Below are positions 22,181 to 32,814 of a DNA stretch of 56,307 bases, one piece after another. Each line of letters begins with the position of its first letter. Positions within the stretch are counted from its first letter, which is position 1. Source of the stretch: Gemmatimonadales bacterium (GTDB lineage Bacteria > Gemmatimonadota > Gemmatimonadetes > Gemmatimonadales > GWC2-71-9); the NCBI GenBank assembly GCA_039794085.1, contig JBDIWC010000028.1, positions 1 to 56,307 of the forward strand, in the 5' to 3' direction. Position numbers and translations under genes: made by a program. Below the pieces are notes generated by a model. That model had not been told where the DNA came from. It did no database searches and saw only the letters and a list, made by a program, of their open reading frames with translations.

Positions 22181-23383
22181 TCATGAGACTCCCGCCAGGA
22201 ACTCCCGGAGGGCTGCCCCGGTCTCCGCAGGGTTCTCGATCGGTGTCAGGTGCCCGGCCTTCGCGACGATCCGGCACGAGGCCCCGGGGATGGCCCCGGC
22301 GAGATCCTCGATGACCGCGGGCGGGGTGATCGGGTCGTCCGCCCCACCAATCACCAGGGTGGGAAGATCCCGCAAAGACGCCAGCATCCCCGTGCTGTCC
22401 GGCCGGTCCCGCAGGGCAAGCAGCCCCCCCAGAAGACCCGCGAGTGGAGTCTGCTCGATCATCCCCCTGATCGCCTCCTCCATGGCCGGGTGGTTTCGCG
22501 CCGTGGGACCCAGAAGACCGGGGAGGAGGGCCTCCACGGCGGCACCGATGCCCCGCTCCCGCACCTCGGTTGCCAGCTCATCCCGGCTCCGCCGAGCCTC
22601 CGGACCATCGGCCGTGGCACGGGTGTTCAGGAGGACGAGACCATGCACCCGGTTGCGGGCCTGACGAAGGATTTCAAAGGCGACGTACCCCCCGAGCGAG
22701 AGGCCGCAGAGCACCACCCGCCGGATCTCGAGCAGATCGAGGAGGGCAATCATGTCCCGCGCGTAGGTGGCCATCGAGTACCCCACATCGGGGGCATCCG
22801 ACTCACCGAAGCCACGCAGGTCGGGAATCACGGACCTCCACCCGGTGGGGAGATCGGCCACGGAACCCCAGAGCGATCGGTTGAGCGGGAACCCATGGAG
22901 GAAGAGAACCGTGGGACCCGAGGCCGACCCCCGCAGTTCCACTGCCAGTCCAACGCCGTTGACCGTATGGCGTTCCCCGGGAAGCAGCATCCCCGCGTCC
23001 CGCATTCCGCGCGACACGGAAGAGGGGATGGGGGTCGGCCGACCGTCCTGCCCCACACACACGAAGACGAAATCGGCCCGGGCCACAAGGCGTTCGGAAC
23101 CCCGGGACCGCGCCTCCTGCCTCATGCGGAAGCTGGTGCGACCGCGATGGGTCAACTGGAGGGTGAACACCAGGACGTCCCCGGGCCAGGCGGCCTCCAG
23201 ATACTCGATTTCCGTTCGGCGCACGGCCGGAATGACCTGCTCGCGAGAAAAGATCTCCAGGCCCGGTCCCCGCTCCAGGACCGACCACCGGGCCTGCTCG
23301 AACAAGGTCAGAAAGGTGGCCTGGTTCACGTGCCCGAAGGCGTCACAATGGTGGGGGTAAACGGTGATTTCGACCGGTCGCAT
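22181..23383 (-). CDS. Hotdog acyl-CoA thioesterase fused to an alpha/beta hydrolase
   Basis: N-terminal DAFGHVN (4HBT/YbgC-type); C-terminal LHGFP, PDLRGFGES, GLSLGG, AGHL. Confidence 0.88.
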   Translation of the reverse strand: MRPVEITVYPHHCDAFGHVNQATFLTLFEQARWSVLERGPGLEIFSREQVIPAVRRTEIEYLEAAWPGDVLVFTLQLTHRGRTSFRMRQEARSRGSERLVARADFVFVCVGQDGRPTPIPSSVSRGMRDAGMLLPGERHTVNGVGLAVELRGSASGPTVLFLHGFPLNRSLWGSVADLPTGWRSVIPDLRGFGESDAPDVGYSMATYARDMIALLDLLEIRRVVLCGLSLGGYVAFEILRQARNRVHGLVLLNTRATADGPEARRSRDELATEVRERGIGAAVEALLPGLLGPTARNHPAMEEAIRGMIEQTPLAGLLGGLLALRDRPDSTGMLASLRDLPTLVIGGADDPITPPAVIEDLAGAIPGASCRIVAKAGHLTPIENPAETGAALREFLAGVS

Positions 23384-23453
23384 GCAGGAAGCTACGCGAG
23401 CCATGTCTCCCCCCGCTACCTTTCAAAAGCGGAAACCAACCAGGAGGAGAGAA

Positions 23454-23624
23454 ATGGCCCCGGCCACGGATTATATACGCCACGCCGCGCGCCTGACGCG
23501 CAAGTTGCAGCTGGAGGCAGGTTTAGGGGCTTCACCCACCCCTGACGCCGAGTACTGGAAAACGCTTGCCAAGGCGTTCGAGGAGATCGCCGATGCCTTC
23601 GAACAAACCGCTCGGCGGGAGTAA
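23454..23624 (+). CDS. Small hypothetical protein (56 aa)
   Basis: Strong AGGAGG RBS; helical sequence; stop 1 nt before the rnd GTG. Confidence 0.7.
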   Translation: MAPATDYIRHAARLTRKLQLEAGLGASPTPDAEYWKTLAKAFEEIADAFEQTARRE

Positions 23625-23625
23625 C

Positions 23626-24807
23626 GTGGCCGACACCCCCTCCTCTCCCTCCCGCCCTCCGACGCGGAACCTGAGCCCCGAGGTCGTTTCCACTCAGGAG
23701 ACGCTCGAGCGACTGCTTTCGGCCTGCGCCGAGGCCCCCCACATCGCCATCGACACCGAGGCCGCGAGCTTCCACCGGCACCACGACCGGATCTATCTCA
23801 TCCAGGTATCCACCCGGGACGTCACTGCGGTCATCGACCCCCTGGCCGACCTCGAGCTGGCCGGCTTTGGAGAACTCCTGGCGGATCCGGCACGGGAGGT
23901 CGTCTTCCACGATGGGGACTATGACCTTCGCCTCATGGACCGGCAGTACGGATTTCACGCCCGGAACGTCTTTGATACCCGCATTGCCGCTCAATTCCTG
24001 AATGAGCCCGGCATTGGCCTCGCCGCACTCCTGGGTCGGTATCTCGGGGTGACCGTGGACAAGCGCTTTCAACGGGCCGACTGGTCGGCCCGTCCCCTTC
24101 CCGCCGACATGCTCTCCTACGCGGCCACCGACACTCATTTCCTGCTCGAACTGCGCGACCTGCTCCGGGAGCGGCTTCGGGAGATGGGACGTCTCTCCTG
24201 GTGCGAGGAGGAGTTCGAGCACATCGTGACGGTCCGGTGGACCGCGGGAGACGACCGGGAGCATGCCTTCCTCAAGATGAAGGGCGCCCGGGACCTGACG
24301 CCGCGCTCCCTCGGCATCCTGGGCACGCTCTGGCAATGGCGTGAGAGCACCGCGGACCGGATTGACCGGGCCGCCTTCCGGATCCTGGGCAATGAGGCGA
24401 TGCTCGAGTTAGCGCGCCTCCCGGTAGGGACCGTCGACGAGCTCGCCCACCACAAGGGCGTGGGCCGACAGACGGCGGGGCGATGGGGGAGGGAAATTCT
24501 CGAGGCCCTGGCCCAAGGCCAGAAGATGCGCGAGAAGGACCTGCCCCGTTTCGAACGGACGGAAAGACGCCCCATTGACCGGCAGTTCCAGGTGCGGGTG
24601 GAGCGTTTGAAGAAAGTGCGGAACGAGGTGGCAGGGCGGCTGGACCTGGCCCCCGGCGTCGTCTGTCCCAATGGAACCCTGGAAGCGATCGCGCGCGCGG
24701 AACCGGCGAACCTGGAGGCCCTGGCCCGTGTTCCCGGGGTGCGCCGGTGGCAGGCCGCCACCTTCGGGCAGGATCTTCTGGATGCGCTCGGGGTCAGAAC
24801 CCCATGA
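23626..24807 (+). CDS. rnd: Ribonuclease D (3'-5' exonuclease plus HRDC domains)
   Basis: AIDTE, FHDGDYD, FDTRIAA, DWSARPL, YAATD. Confidence 0.92.
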   Translation: MADTPSSPSRPPTRNLSPEVVSTQETLERLLSACAEAPHIAIDTEAASFHRHHDRIYLIQVSTRDVTAVIDPLADLELAGFGELLADPAREVVFHDGDYDLRLMDRQYGFHARNVFDTRIAAQFLNEPGIGLAALLGRYLGVTVDKRFQRADWSARPLPADMLSYAATDTHFLLELRDLLRERLREMGRLSWCEEEFEHIVTVRWTAGDDREHAFLKMKGARDLTPRSLGILGTLWQWRESTADRIDRAAFRILGNEAMLELARLPVGTVDELAHHKGVGRQTAGRWGREILEALAQGQKMREKDLPRFERTERRPIDRQFQVRVERLKKVRNEVAGRLDLAPGVVCPNGTLEAIARAEPANLEALARVPGVRRWQAATFGQDLLDALGVRTP

Positions 24808-25093
24808 ACGCCTTGACCCTCGGATCCATCCGGTCCGGGGTCCAGTAGGGTTCCCACACCAGCTCGATTTCCGCTGAACTCACGTCCTCCAACTGCTCCA
24901 ACACCATCTTCGCGTCGCCCATGATCTCGGGACCCGAGGGGCATCCGGGGGAGGTCAGCGTCATCTTGACGTGGACCGCCCCTTCCTCGTTGACCGCGAC
25001 ATCGTAGACCAGGCCGATATCCATGATATTGAGTCCCAGCTCGGGATCCTTGACCTGGCGCAAGGCCTTCCGGGCAGTTTCGACGGTGATCAT
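24794..25093 (-). CDS. DUF59 metal-sulfur cluster assembly factor (SufT-like)
   Basis: VKDPELGLNIMDIGLVY, MTLTSPGCP, VWEPYW; GGGAGG RBS. Confidence 0.93.
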   Translation of the reverse strand: MITVETARKALRQVKDPELGLNIMDIGLVYDVAVNEEGAVHVKMTLTSPGCPSGPEIMGDAKMVLEQLEDVSSAEIELVWEPYWTPDRMDPRVKAFMGF

Positions 25094-25131
25094 GGGATAC
25101 CCTCCCGCGTGAAGTGATCTGTGGAAGGAAA

Positions 25132-25198
25132 CAGGGGAGCGGGGAATAGGGAATAGGGTCGTCCTTCCTACACCCCACTCCCTATTCCCGACTCCCTG
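25132..25198. repeat. Inverted pair of heptamer tracts (GGGAATA / TATTCCC type)
   Basis: CAGGGGAGCGGGGAATAGGGAATAGGG...CCCCACTCCCTATTCCCGACTCCCTG. Confidence 0.8.
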
Positions 25199-25225
25199 GA
25201 AGGGGGAAGGGAGGTGGGGGAGTGA

Positions 25226-25414
25226 TCCGGGAGTGATCCCCTCCTGGGCACGGCGGTGGTCTCCGCCCTCGCCTCCACCGATGACCCGCGCGCCCGGGAC
25301 GCCCTGCGGCAACTGGTCCGGGGCCCGGGCACCCGGGAGGAGGAACTCCGGGAGGCCATCCGCGGGCTGGGCCGACAGTACACCGGAATTCTCAGATTCG
25401 CGAGACGGTCGTGA
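25226..25414 (+). pseudogene. Possible HEAT-repeat gene fragment
   Basis: Frame reads LLGTAVVSALASTDDPRARDALRQLVRGPGTREEELREAIRGLGRQY; in-frame stop upstream; no credible start. Confidence 0.4.
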
Positions 25415-25575
25415 CCGAGCTCCTGCAGGTCGGGAGTGGCGGGGCCATTGATGCCGCTCTCTCCCTCGTGTCGGGGGAGACCGACACTCGTCTCCAGCGG
25501 CGGCTCGTGTCCCGGCTTTCCCGGTCTGAACATCCCCGGGTACGCACCTTCCTCCAGACTCTGGTGGAGCGGTAG

Positions 25576-26292
25576 CTACCGGCGAAGAGATCCGGGGGGG
25601 ATCCGGTAGAGGAGAGTGGCCGTGTTCCGGTCTCGCACGGTCAGGGAGTGAGATCGTGTGACCGGGAACATCACATCGTTCGGGTCACCCGAGTGAGGGA
25701 GCCCGATCGCATGACCCACCTCGTGAACGGCCACCGCCCGTTGTCCCTCGTCGGGTAGGTGCTCCCCGGAGGGCAGTCTCACCGCGAGGGTGACGGTGGC
25801 GGCGAGGATCGATCCGTGGGACGTGGCCCGGACCCGGGTGACCCCGGCTTCAGGACCACTGAGGGTATCCACCCATTCCACCCTGATCTCGGCCGAGGTG
25901 TCGTCCGGCGCCACCTCGCGGAAGCGCAGGCCGAGCCCGATGCTCTCCCAGATCGCCAGCGCTTCCCGCAGAAAGCCCCTCTGGGCCGGGCCCGCCAGGG
26001 AGCCGGGGAGGAGGGCCACCCGGACCGGATCCCGGTCCCGGCCAACCCAGCGGCGCAGAAGCGAGTCCCGGCTGAACACCGAGTCGAGATACCCTGACGA
26101 GCCCGCGGTCGACACCGCGCTCCGGAGCGCCTCCCGGTCCTGGCCGGAGTTCTCCCCGAGTTCCGGTCCGACCACCGCCGGGTCCACCCCTGGCTCCGGA
26201 CCCATCGGTTCGGAAACGCCGGGAGACCACACCCTCCCCCCGATCAGGAGAAGGCCCAGGACCAGCACAAACCCGAGCATTACCCGACCCAT
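25576..26292 (-). CDS. Matrixin (M10) family metalloprotease
   Basis: HEVGHAIGLPHS zinc motif, DVM Met-turn, N-terminal hydrophobic anchor. Confidence 0.9.
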   Translation of the reverse strand: MGRVMLGFVLVLGLLLIGGRVWSPGVSEPMGPEPGVDPAVVGPELGENSGQDREALRSAVSTAGSSGYLDSVFSRDSLLRRWVGRDRDPVRVALLPGSLAGPAQRGFLREALAIWESIGLGLRFREVAPDDTSAEIRVEWVDTLSGPEAGVTRVRATSHGSILAATVTLAVRLPSGEHLPDEGQRAVAVHEVGHAIGLPHSGDPNDVMFPVTRSHSLTVRDRNTATLLYRIPPGSLRR

Positions 26293-26406
26293 GATTCGTC
26301 CCCCGAATCCGCGCGGCAACTGGCGAAGAGCGCCCCCATCCTCTTAACATTGGGCCGACCGCACACCACGTGCGGGCTGTCCGACGAGGAAAGGTCGCCT
26401 GTGGTC

Positions 26407-28686
26407 ATGCGATACCTGGCTCGCGGGCTGGTCCGATTCCGCTTTCTGATCATCGGGATCTGGGTCATCCTGGGGGGCATTGCGTTCCTCCGCGCGCCAG
26501 AGACACCGAACAAGCTGAACCTCCGCGGCGGGAGCGATCGGATCACCGAGGCCCACCGCGCGGATCTGCTCCTGCACGATCGGTTCGGACGCCCGTTCAG
26601 CGAGTTCTTCGCCATCAGTATCGAGGGCACGAACTCGTTCCGCAACGGCCGTGCCGCGCAGGTCCTCGACTCCCTCACGGCGGCCGCCGCGGCGGAGCCG
26701 TACGTCCGCACCCTGATCAGCTACGCGACCAGCGGCGACTCGACCTTCCTGAGCGCCGACGAGCGATCCACCTTTTTTCTCCTCGCCCTGGACGTGCCGG
26801 GGGACAGCGCCGGCGCGTATGTCGAACCGTTTCGAGAGGCGATGCGTCGGACCCTGGCCCGCATGCCGGGAGCCGGGGAGTACACCCTCCGGGTGACGGG
26901 ACGGGCCCCCCTCGACCTCGACGTGCGGACGGTGAGCTGGGCGGACAGCAAGCGGCTCGAGGCGCGGCTCCTCCCGATCAATCTGATCATCCTGGTGCTG
27001 GCGTTCGGGGCCCTGGTGGCCGCGTTCATTCCGTTGCTGATCGGCACCCTGGCCATCGCCGTCTCGCTGACCATCGTCGGATACCTGACGGAGATCACCC
27101 CGATGTCGGTCTTCGTCCTCAACATGACGACCATGATCGGTCTCGGCGTGGGGATCGACTATTCGCTCCTGGTGATCACCCGGTTCCGCGAGGAATTGAA
27201 CCGTGGCTACCGGCGGCAGGAGGCCGCCATCCGGACCATGTGCACCGCCGGAGTCGCGGTGGTCACCTCGGGGCTCACGGTGGTGGTCGGGTTCTCGGCC
27301 CTCCTTCTCACCCCGCTGGTGGAGACCCGCAGCGTGGGGATCGGCGGGCTGGTCGTGGTGGCGGTGGCGGTTCTCCTCTCCACGACCTTCCTGCCCGCGC
27401 TTCTCGCCATCGCGGGCCGATCGATCGACCAGCCGCGGTGGCTGGCCCGCAAGCTGTCGTGGTACTATTCGCCGCAGGTCTGGGAAAGGTGGGCCCGGTC
27501 GCTCAGCCGGCATCCCCGGCGCGCCCTCGTGCTGGGCCTCCTGGGCATCGGCGTGCTCACGGCACCCCTCGTGTTCATCCGGGTGGGGCTCCCGGCCCGG
27601 CACTGGTGGCCGGTGCAGACCGAGGCGGGGGCCGGGGTGGAAGCCCTCAACCGCATGGGAGTCTCGGGTTACCTGCTGCCGGTGCGGGTCGTGATCGAGG
27701 TTCCGGAGGGGGTCCGGGCGGCGTCGGCCACCACGCTGCGAGGCCTTCGGGCCCTCTCCGACACCCTGCGGGCCGATCCCCGCGTGCGGGACGTCCGGAG
27801 CCTCGTGGACCTCTCCCCGGGGACATCCATCCTCGGGTACTCCCTTCTCTACTCCGATCTCGACTCGGCCCGGGCGCGCCACGGGGCCTTTCTCGACGCC
27901 TATCTGAGCACGGATGCGCGGGTCACCCTGGTGGACGTGATTCTTGCGGACACCACGAGTCTCACCTCGGCGATGGAGGTGGTGACGGAGACCCGCGACT
28001 TCCTGGCCTCGGGGTCCATCCGGCAATTGCGGGACACCGAAATCTCCGTCGGGGGATATGTGGCCGCGAGCGTGGACTTCCAGGACGATCTTCTCGCCCG
28101 GTTCCCCCTCCTCGTGATCCTCACCCTCACGGCGACCGGGGTCATGCTCGCTCTTGCCTTCCGATCGCTCCTGGTGCCGATCAAGGCGATCATCATGAAC
28201 AGCCTGTCGGTCATGGCCACGTTCGGATTGATCGTGCTGGTGTTCCAACATGGCATCGGAAGCCAACTCATCGGCTTGGACGGACCGACCGAAGCGATCT
28301 TCGTGGCGGTGCCGGTTCTGGTGTTCGCCGTGGTGTTCGGTCTCAGCATGGACTACGAGGTCTTCCTCCTGAGCCGCATCAAGGAGGCCTATGATCGCAC
28401 CGGGCGCAACACCGAGGCCACCATGGAGGGCCTGAGCGCCACGGCCTCGGTGATCACCTCCGCCGCTCTCATCATGATCATGGTGTTCGGGGCCTTCGCC
28501 TTTGCCGGGGTCCTGGTGATGCAGTTCCTCGGGTTCGGCCTTGCCGTGGCGGTGCTGCTGGACGCCACAATCGTGCGGATGGTGCTGGTCCCCGCCTTCA
28601 TGCAGTTGATGGGGCGCTGGAACTGGTGGCCCGGGGGCCGGCGGGTGGTGAAGCTCGAATCGGGAGACCGGCCGGAGGCCGGGTGA
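26407..28686 (+). CDS. MMPL family transporter
   Basis: GLGVGIDYSL, RFREE, FGLSMDYEVFL, LDATIVR..LVPA. Confidence 0.95.
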   Translation: MRYLARGLVRFRFLIIGIWVILGGIAFLRAPETPNKLNLRGGSDRITEAHRADLLLHDRFGRPFSEFFAISIEGTNSFRNGRAAQVLDSLTAAAAAEPYVRTLISYATSGDSTFLSADERSTFFLLALDVPGDSAGAYVEPFREAMRRTLARMPGAGEYTLRVTGRAPLDLDVRTVSWADSKRLEARLLPINLIILVLAFGALVAAFIPLLIGTLAIAVSLTIVGYLTEITPMSVFVLNMTTMIGLGVGIDYSLLVITRFREELNRGYRRQEAAIRTMCTAGVAVVTSGLTVVVGFSALLLTPLVETRSVGIGGLVVVAVAVLLSTTFLPALLAIAGRSIDQPRWLARKLSWYYSPQVWERWARSLSRHPRRALVLGLLGIGVLTAPLVFIRVGLPARHWWPVQTEAGAGVEALNRMGVSGYLLPVRVVIEVPEGVRAASATTLRGLRALSDTLRADPRVRDVRSLVDLSPGTSILGYSLLYSDLDSARARHGAFLDAYLSTDARVTLVDVILADTTSLTSAMEVVTETRDFLASGSIRQLRDTEISVGGYVAASVDFQDDLLARFPLLVILTLTATGVMLALAFRSLLVPIKAIIMNSLSVMATFGLIVLVFQHGIGSQLIGLDGPTEAIFVAVPVLVFAVVFGLSMDYEVFLLSRIKEAYDRTGRNTEATMEGLSATASVITSAALIMIMVFGAFAFAGVLVMQFLGFGLAVAVLLDATIVRMVLVPAFMQLMGRWNWWPGGRRVVKLESGDRPEAG

Positions 28687-28717
28687 GGTCACCTTACTCC
28701 GGCCATGGTGGGTCCGT

Positions 28718-29737
28718 TCAGTCCTCCCGCCGCTTCGCCAGGATGTCCTCCAGCACCACCCGGTCGATCAGGCCATCCATCCGGACCCGAACATCGTAGT
28801 TCTCCCAGTACATGAAATCGCGCAGCGCCTCCAGGAACTGCGGGGTGGCGCTCCCCTCGGGCTGACGAAGCCAGGTTGTCGGCTGTCCGATTGGTTCCCG
28901 GAGCAGGATCGGCTCGAGAAGCGCGACCCGTTCCGGCGTCAGGCGGACGAGATCCTCGGGTACACTGGGGAAGAAGTGCAACTTGTGCAGGGCGAGGAGG
29001 CGGGCCAGCTCCGCGATCGGATCGGGGGCGTCGTACACCCGGATGTCGATGAACCGGTCAGTGGCGCCCAGATATCCCGCCCCCGCACGCACCACGAGCA
29101 GGGCCGCCGACTGCATTCCCCGCTTGTCTCCCCCCCCCGCCTGACCCGCTGCCAGGGCCGCCATGAGTCGGTCGGCAAGAGCCCCGGGTGTGCGCTCGAA
29201 GGTCTCGGCCATGTTGGCCACGGTCTGGTCGGACACCATGATGTTCGCCTGGGCGGCAAATCCCCGACCCGCGATCACCTCTCCCTTCCCACCCACCGTT
29301 GATCCGCCTCCCGGTTTGCCCACGCGACCCCCGGCCCAGTCGAACGTCCGCTCGCCGGTGAAGCTCGCCGCGTTCCCGCGAGCGTCCACGAGACCGACCT
29401 GCCGGTCTCCCAGCAGGGTGTCGCTCCGCATGATGATGCGCAACGCCTCCTCCGCGCTCGCGCCCTGGGCGAGCAGGGTCAGGCCCTGCTCCCCATAGGC
29501 CGTGTTGGCGAGGCTCTGGGTGGCCACGGCTCCGACCCCGGCCCGGGCCCACGGAACCAGGCCTCCGACATTCGGAAACTTCGACTGCACCACCACACCC
29601 AGGTCGCCGGTGACGGAATCCCAGGCGACGATGCTGTAGGTGTGGGCAAGCTTGTGGAAGTGTCCCGGGGGCGTCGGCTGGGCCGCGAGGGGAATCGCCG
29701 CGAGCAGAGTGACGGCCAGTGTGCGGAAGGGGGCCAT
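28718..29737 (-). CDS. DUF1028 (Ntn-hydrolase-like) secreted protein
   Basis: TYSIVAWD..TGDLGV.VQS, GVGAVATQ, GGDKRGMQSAAL. Confidence 0.9.
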   Translation of the reverse strand: MAPFRTLAVTLLAAIPLAAQPTPPGHFHKLAHTYSIVAWDSVTGDLGVVVQSKFPNVGGLVPWARAGVGAVATQSLANTAYGEQGLTLLAQGASAEEALRIIMRSDTLLGDRQVGLVDARGNAASFTGERTFDWAGGRVGKPGGGSTVGGKGEVIAGRGFAAQANIMVSDQTVANMAETFERTPGALADRLMAALAAGQAGGGDKRGMQSAALLVVRAGAGYLGATDRFIDIRVYDAPDPIAELARLLALHKLHFFPSVPEDLVRLTPERVALLEPILLREPIGQPTTWLRQPEGSATPQFLEALRDFMYWENYDVRVRMDGLIDRVVLEDILAKRRED

Positions 29738-29790
29738 GGAACGTCCTTTGGCGGAAGAGACCGGGTCCACACCCGGGGACATGGCGATGC

Positions 29791-32670
29791 TCATGAATCG
29801 AGGATTTTGCGCACCGTGGCGGTCAGGGAGTCCGCGGAAAACGGTTTGTGGAGCAGGTGCAGATCTTCCGGGGGCACGCCATGGCGCAGCATGGTGTCGT
29901 CGGCATATCCCGAGGTGAAGAGAACCCGCACGGGAGGATCCCGCCGTCGGATCTCCTCCGCCAATTCCGGTCCGCTCATCCCGGGCATCACAACGTCGGT
30001 CAGCACGAGCTGGACCCCGTCCGGGGAATCATCCAGCCATGCCAGGGCCTCCCGTCCGTCGGCCGCGGTGTGCACGGTATAGCCCGCACGCTCCAGCACC
30101 CGTCGCGCCAGCTCCCTCACCCCGGTATCGTCGTCCACGACCAGAACCGACTCCCCGCCCGGGGCGCCGATGGGCCTTGGAGGCACGGCACGTCGCTCCA
30201 CGTCACAGCCTTCCGCCGCGGGCAGGAACACGCGGACGGTCGTTCCGACGCCCGGTTCACTCTCCACCGAGACCCCACCTCCGCTCTGCGTCACGATTCC
30301 GTGTACCGTGGCCATTCCCAGGCCGGTTCCCTTGCCCGGTTCTTTCGTCGTGAAGAACGGCTCGAACACATGCTGCAGCGTATTCGGGTCCATGCCCATC
30401 CCCGTGTCACTGAACCCGAGCGCCACATGACGCCCGTGCGACAGGGAGGGGAATCGCAGCCGTGACTCGTCATCCACGGTGACGTTGCCGGTTTCGATGG
30501 TCACGGTCCCGCCCCGGGGCATCGCGTCTCGGCTGTTGACGGCGAGGTTCATGAGGACCTGGTGAAACTGCCCGGGATCGACCATGACCAGTGCCAGGTC
30601 CGGCGCGAGGCGAGCCGTGAGCTCGATGTTCTCGCCGAGCATCCGGCGCAGCAACACCTCCACCTCCGTCACCAACGTGTTCAGGTTGACGGCCTCCGGC
30701 CGCAGCATCTGCTTTCGGCTGAAGGCGAGCATCTGACGGGTCAGCTCGGCCGCTCGCGCCCCGGCGTCGCGGATCGCGGCCAGATCATGGCGCAACACCG
30801 TTCCGGGGGGCAGCTCCGCGAGGGCCATCTCCGCGATGCCGTTGATGACCGTCAGCGCGTTGTTGAAGTCGTGCGCGATGCCGGCCGCCAGTTGTCCCAC
30901 GCTCTCCATCTTCTGGGCGTGGTGGAGTTGCTCCTCCGCGGCCTTGCGTTCGGTGATGTCGCGCGCCACGCCCACGATCCGATCGACCTGGCCCGTGGCG
31001 CCGCGGACCGGATAGGCCCGTTCCCGAATCCAGCGCACCTCGCCATTGGGGCGGACAATGCGGTATTCCTCGTCGTACTCTCCCCGGCTCTGGCGGAGGG
31101 CAATCGCCTCCACCACATGGTCGCGGTCCCCGGGGTGCACCGCCTCCACCCAGCTCTGGGGACGGGAGTAGACCGTTTCCCGGGGGCGACCCCACACCGT
31201 CTCATAGGCCGGGCTGACGTAGAGGATTCGAGTCTTCCCGACATCGGTGATCCAGAACACCTCCTGGATGGTCTCGGCCAACTCCCGGAAGCGGGCTTCG
31301 CTGGCCCGCAGGGCGTGCTCCGCTTCACGCTTTCTTTCGGCGAGACGATGTGCCTCCAGGCCAAACGAGATGTCGCGGGCCAATTCCTCCAGAAGATCCA
31401 GCTCCGCGGAGTCGAAGACACCGGAATCCGCGGCGTAGAGGTTGAAGGTCCCCACCACCTCGCCCTCGATCGTCAACGGCAGCGACGCCATGGACCGGAT
31501 GCCCCGCTCCAGAGCGGCGGCCCGCCAGTGGGAGGACTGGGGATCGGTCTCGATGTCGTTGCAGACCGCCACCGTGCCGGTGGTGAGAGCGCGCCAGGTA
31601 TAGGCGCAGCCATCCTCCGGCCGCTCGACGTGGAGAAGTTGGTCCAGGATGGCCCGGGTGTCGGCGGAGGCCCCGGCATCCGCAACCCGCTCCAGCCGTT
31701 CGGTTTCGGCGGACCGGCGCCCGATCCACGCCATCACGAACCGGCCGGCGTCCACCGCGATCCGGCACGCCGTGTCGGACAGATCCTGCGGTGTGGGGCT
31801 GCGGACCAGGCTCTGGTTGATCCCGCTCAGCAAAACCCGGACGCGGTGGTGTCGCTCAACCTGAGTCTCCGCCTCCCGTCGTGCCGTGATGTCCACCATG
31901 ATCCCGCGCAGCACGGCCCGCCCTCCGGGCTCCTCCACATAGGTCACGATGTCGCGCACCCAGACCGCCCTCCCATCCGCCGCCACCATCCGATACTCCA
32001 GCACATGGTCCTCCCCCCGGCGGGTCGAACTCAGACAGGACAGCACCGTGTGATCCCGGTCCTCGGGATGGATATGGTTCGACCAGAAATCGCGTTCGGT
32101 GGTCCAGGTCGCGACCGGATACCCCAGGATGAGGGCGGCCCTCTGACTCACGAAGGTGAACTGCATCGTCGTGGCGTCCGCCTCCCACACGATCCCGTCG
32201 ATGGACTCGACCAGTCCCACATACCGGGCCCGGGATTGTTCCAGCGCCGCCGCCGCCCGCCGGCGCTCCGTCACATCCCGAGTGATCCCGAGCAGCCCCT
32301 CGACCAACCCCTCGGCATTCCGCAACGGGGTGGCATGGGTCTCCAGCCAGCGCCGGGTTCCCCGCCGTCCCACGATCTCGAACTCCAGAACACCCGATCC
32401 TCCCCGGAGGACCTCCTTGTGGAGCCCGGTGAACGCCTCCTTATATTCGGGCAGGAGATAGTCCAGCAGTGGGATCTGTCGGGCTTCCTCCAGCGAGTCG
32501 ACCTCCAGCATCGCCAACCCCGCCCGGTTCATCTCCACCAGCCGGGCCTCCAGGTCGAGAACCTTGACGCACTCCGGCTCCGCGTCGAGAATGGCGCGCA
32601 GGTGTGCCTCCCGCAGGACCAGCTCGCGGTTGGTCCGTTTCAGCTCCTGCAGACTGCCCCCACTCCCCAT
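29791..32670 (-). CDS. Hybrid sensor histidine kinase (PAS-PAS-GAF-PAS-HK-REC)
   Basis: AGIAHDFNN, NLAVNSRDAM, EPFFTTK..GKGTGLG, LTDVVMP. Confidence 0.95.
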   Translation of the reverse strand: MGSGGSLQELKRTNRELVLREAHLRAILDAEPECVKVLDLEARLVEMNRAGLAMLEVDSLEEARQIPLLDYLLPEYKEAFTGLHKEVLRGGSGVLEFEIVGRRGTRRWLETHATPLRNAEGLVEGLLGITRDVTERRRAAAALEQSRARYVGLVESIDGIVWEADATTMQFTFVSQRAALILGYPVATWTTERDFWSNHIHPEDRDHTVLSCLSSTRRGEDHVLEYRMVAADGRAVWVRDIVTYVEEPGGRAVLRGIMVDITARREAETQVERHHRVRVLLSGINQSLVRSPTPQDLSDTACRIAVDAGRFVMAWIGRRSAETERLERVADAGASADTRAILDQLLHVERPEDGCAYTWRALTTGTVAVCNDIETDPQSSHWRAAALERGIRSMASLPLTIEGEVVGTFNLYAADSGVFDSAELDLLEELARDISFGLEAHRLAERKREAEHALRASEARFRELAETIQEVFWITDVGKTRILYVSPAYETVWGRPRETVYSRPQSWVEAVHPGDRDHVVEAIALRQSRGEYDEEYRIVRPNGEVRWIRERAYPVRGATGQVDRIVGVARDITERKAAEEQLHHAQKMESVGQLAAGIAHDFNNALTVINGIAEMALAELPPGTVLRHDLAAIRDAGARAAELTRQMLAFSRKQMLRPEAVNLNTLVTEVEVLLRRMLGENIELTARLAPDLALVMVDPGQFHQVLMNLAVNSRDAMPRGGTVTIETGNVTVDDESRLRFPSLSHGRHVALGFSDTGMGMDPNTLQHVFEPFFTTKEPGKGTGLGMATVHGIVTQSGGGVSVESEPGVGTTVRVFLPAAEGCDVERRAVPPRPIGAPGGESVLVVDDDTGVRELARRVLERAGYTVHTAADGREALAWLDDSPDGVQLVLTDVVMPGMSGPELAEEIRRRDPPVRVLFTSGYADDTMLRHGVPPEDLHLLHKPFSADSLTATVRKILDS

Positions 32671-32814
32671 ACCACCTCCGGTCGGAGGTTGAAGGTACGA
32701 CTTTGTAAGGTACGGCGTTTTCCGCCACCCAGCAATATCAGTCCGCCTCGGCGCAGAGCCTTCAGGCCTTTGCGTCAGGGTGCGGGGGGGGGTCGTGGGG
32801 CGGAGGTCGCCCGT

